A stretch of DNA of 64,000 nt from Antedon mediterranea (Eukaryota > Animalia > Echinodermata), in the NCBI RefSeq assembly GCF_964355755.1, contig NC_092672.1, forward strand, positions 6,572,001-6,636,000. The letters run 5' to 3'. Position 1 is the first letter of the stretch; each line of letters starts with the position of its first letter. A model generated the notes under the pieces. That model made no database searches. It was not told the DNA's origin and saw only the letters and a program-made list of their open reading frames with translations. This document shows, one piece after another, positions 62,658 to 64,000 of the stretch. A program made the position numbers and the translations under genes.

Positions 62658-64000
62658 TAAAAGCCAAGATGGGGGAACACACCTCACCCAGTGTCACTAG
62701 ATAGCATCTAACTGAATATTGCAAGTCAGTTAAATAAAAGTGTAGGTGTGGGCATATTTGATAATGTTAATGCGTGTTGTTCCTGTGCCTTTTTCCAGTG
62801 CTTCGGCCATTTTTCGAAAATTTCCCTGTACTATTAAACTAATTTTGTTTTTCTTCCGACAAATAAATACATATTTTCGAAATAATTTCTATTAATGAAT
62901 TGTATTAATATTAGTATGTCTCATTTGTTGTGATCCGTTTAGGATTTAAATTTGCATTTATAAATTAGTAAAAGTAGGCCTACAGTATAACAAATAAATA
63001 TAGACAATTATTTGTCTTTTGTCATCATATTTTGTTTCTGACTATAATATTTCAAATTATTATACATTACTAATGACTATTATATTCATTTACTGGTATT
63101 TTTTTTTAAATCTCTAAACTGATTTAAAAACCAACTAATCTCCTGATTTGACACCAATAAAGAACACTCCCACTAATACCGGAATGAAAAAGTCAAACGG
63201 ACAATTGTAAAGCCTCATTCTCACTGGACTAAGAGATAAGGATCATTGTATTATTGCGATTATATGTGACCTTGTGATTACTATTTTTATAATAAATTAG
63301 AAAAAAAGTGATACAAATACACACATACAAATGTCCTATAACTGAAGGAAAGACGGAATGAAAACTAATATATTTTACTATTATTGTTTTGACGGATTCA
63401 TCTCATCAGTTTTGAGAAAAACAATTACAAATGGTCATTTTAATTGAGAAACAAACAATTAAACAACGTCAAATTTAACCCATCTATAAAAAAAGACAAA
63501 AGGCTTTCACGTGATTTTACGCTAAATAAAACATACTTAAAGAATTGGTTCGGTAGTAGTAACAATAACAAGTTACCAGTTTTAAATGTAGCTCAGGGTT
63601 TAAATATATTGTTTATTATAAAATATAAACATTTACAACAACATGAATTGTAACTTCAGTTACCTTTTGTCAGCAGAGAAGCAGAACGAAAAAGTCATTA
63701 CAAAAAAGTTATGTGTGGCACCACTTTTTAAAATTAAATATAGGCCTATGCATAGCGAGTTATCAAACGTGGTTTGCTCGATTTTTGTGTGGACAAAATG
63801 CGAAATTAAAGTTAAGGGTATTTCTCGTTCTTGGTCATGTCAATGCAAGTATTATAGTTATTAGTATGCAGAAACACAGCATTCTTGCTGGTATTCCGAC
63901 AAGTATTCCGAGTCTACTAATATAAGCCTGTATATTGTTGTCAGTAGGAAGCCAGTTATGAGACAAAGAAGAACAAAAAGGTATTTTTTTGGCCATCATT

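Noticed and set aside
63380-63420. Hammerhead ribozyme core CTGATGAG on the minus strand
   Set aside because: No matching GAAA core or stem II/III pairing.

Overview
AT-rich, intron-rich animal genomic DNA, not prokaryotic. It is probably a marine invertebrate deuterostome such as an echinoderm, but that is an inference from gene and repeat content. From left to right: (1) the 5' portion of an axonemal dynein heavy chain gene, DNAH10 (minus strand, runs off the left edge); (2) a head-to-head 9-exon Deltex E3 ligase gene (WWE-WWE-RING-DTC); (3) a convergent MED31 gene whose first intron holds a long-TIR DNA transposon with a Helitron nested inside; (4) a tandem array of three single-coding-exon RING-BBox-CC-filamin-NHL TRIM genes, one intact and two with 5' lesions, with mosaic sequence and divergence concentrated in NHL loops; (5) a 5'-truncated CR1-like LINE; (6) a two-exon secreted YHYH-domain gene. 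MITEs, SINEs and Helentron-like elements are scattered throughout. The most unusual signal comes from comparing the duplicated units: single TA dinucleotides have repeatedly and independently become TAGGCCTA or TACAGTA/TACTGTA, which look like two classes of transposon excision footprint. All alignments and counts were done by eye.
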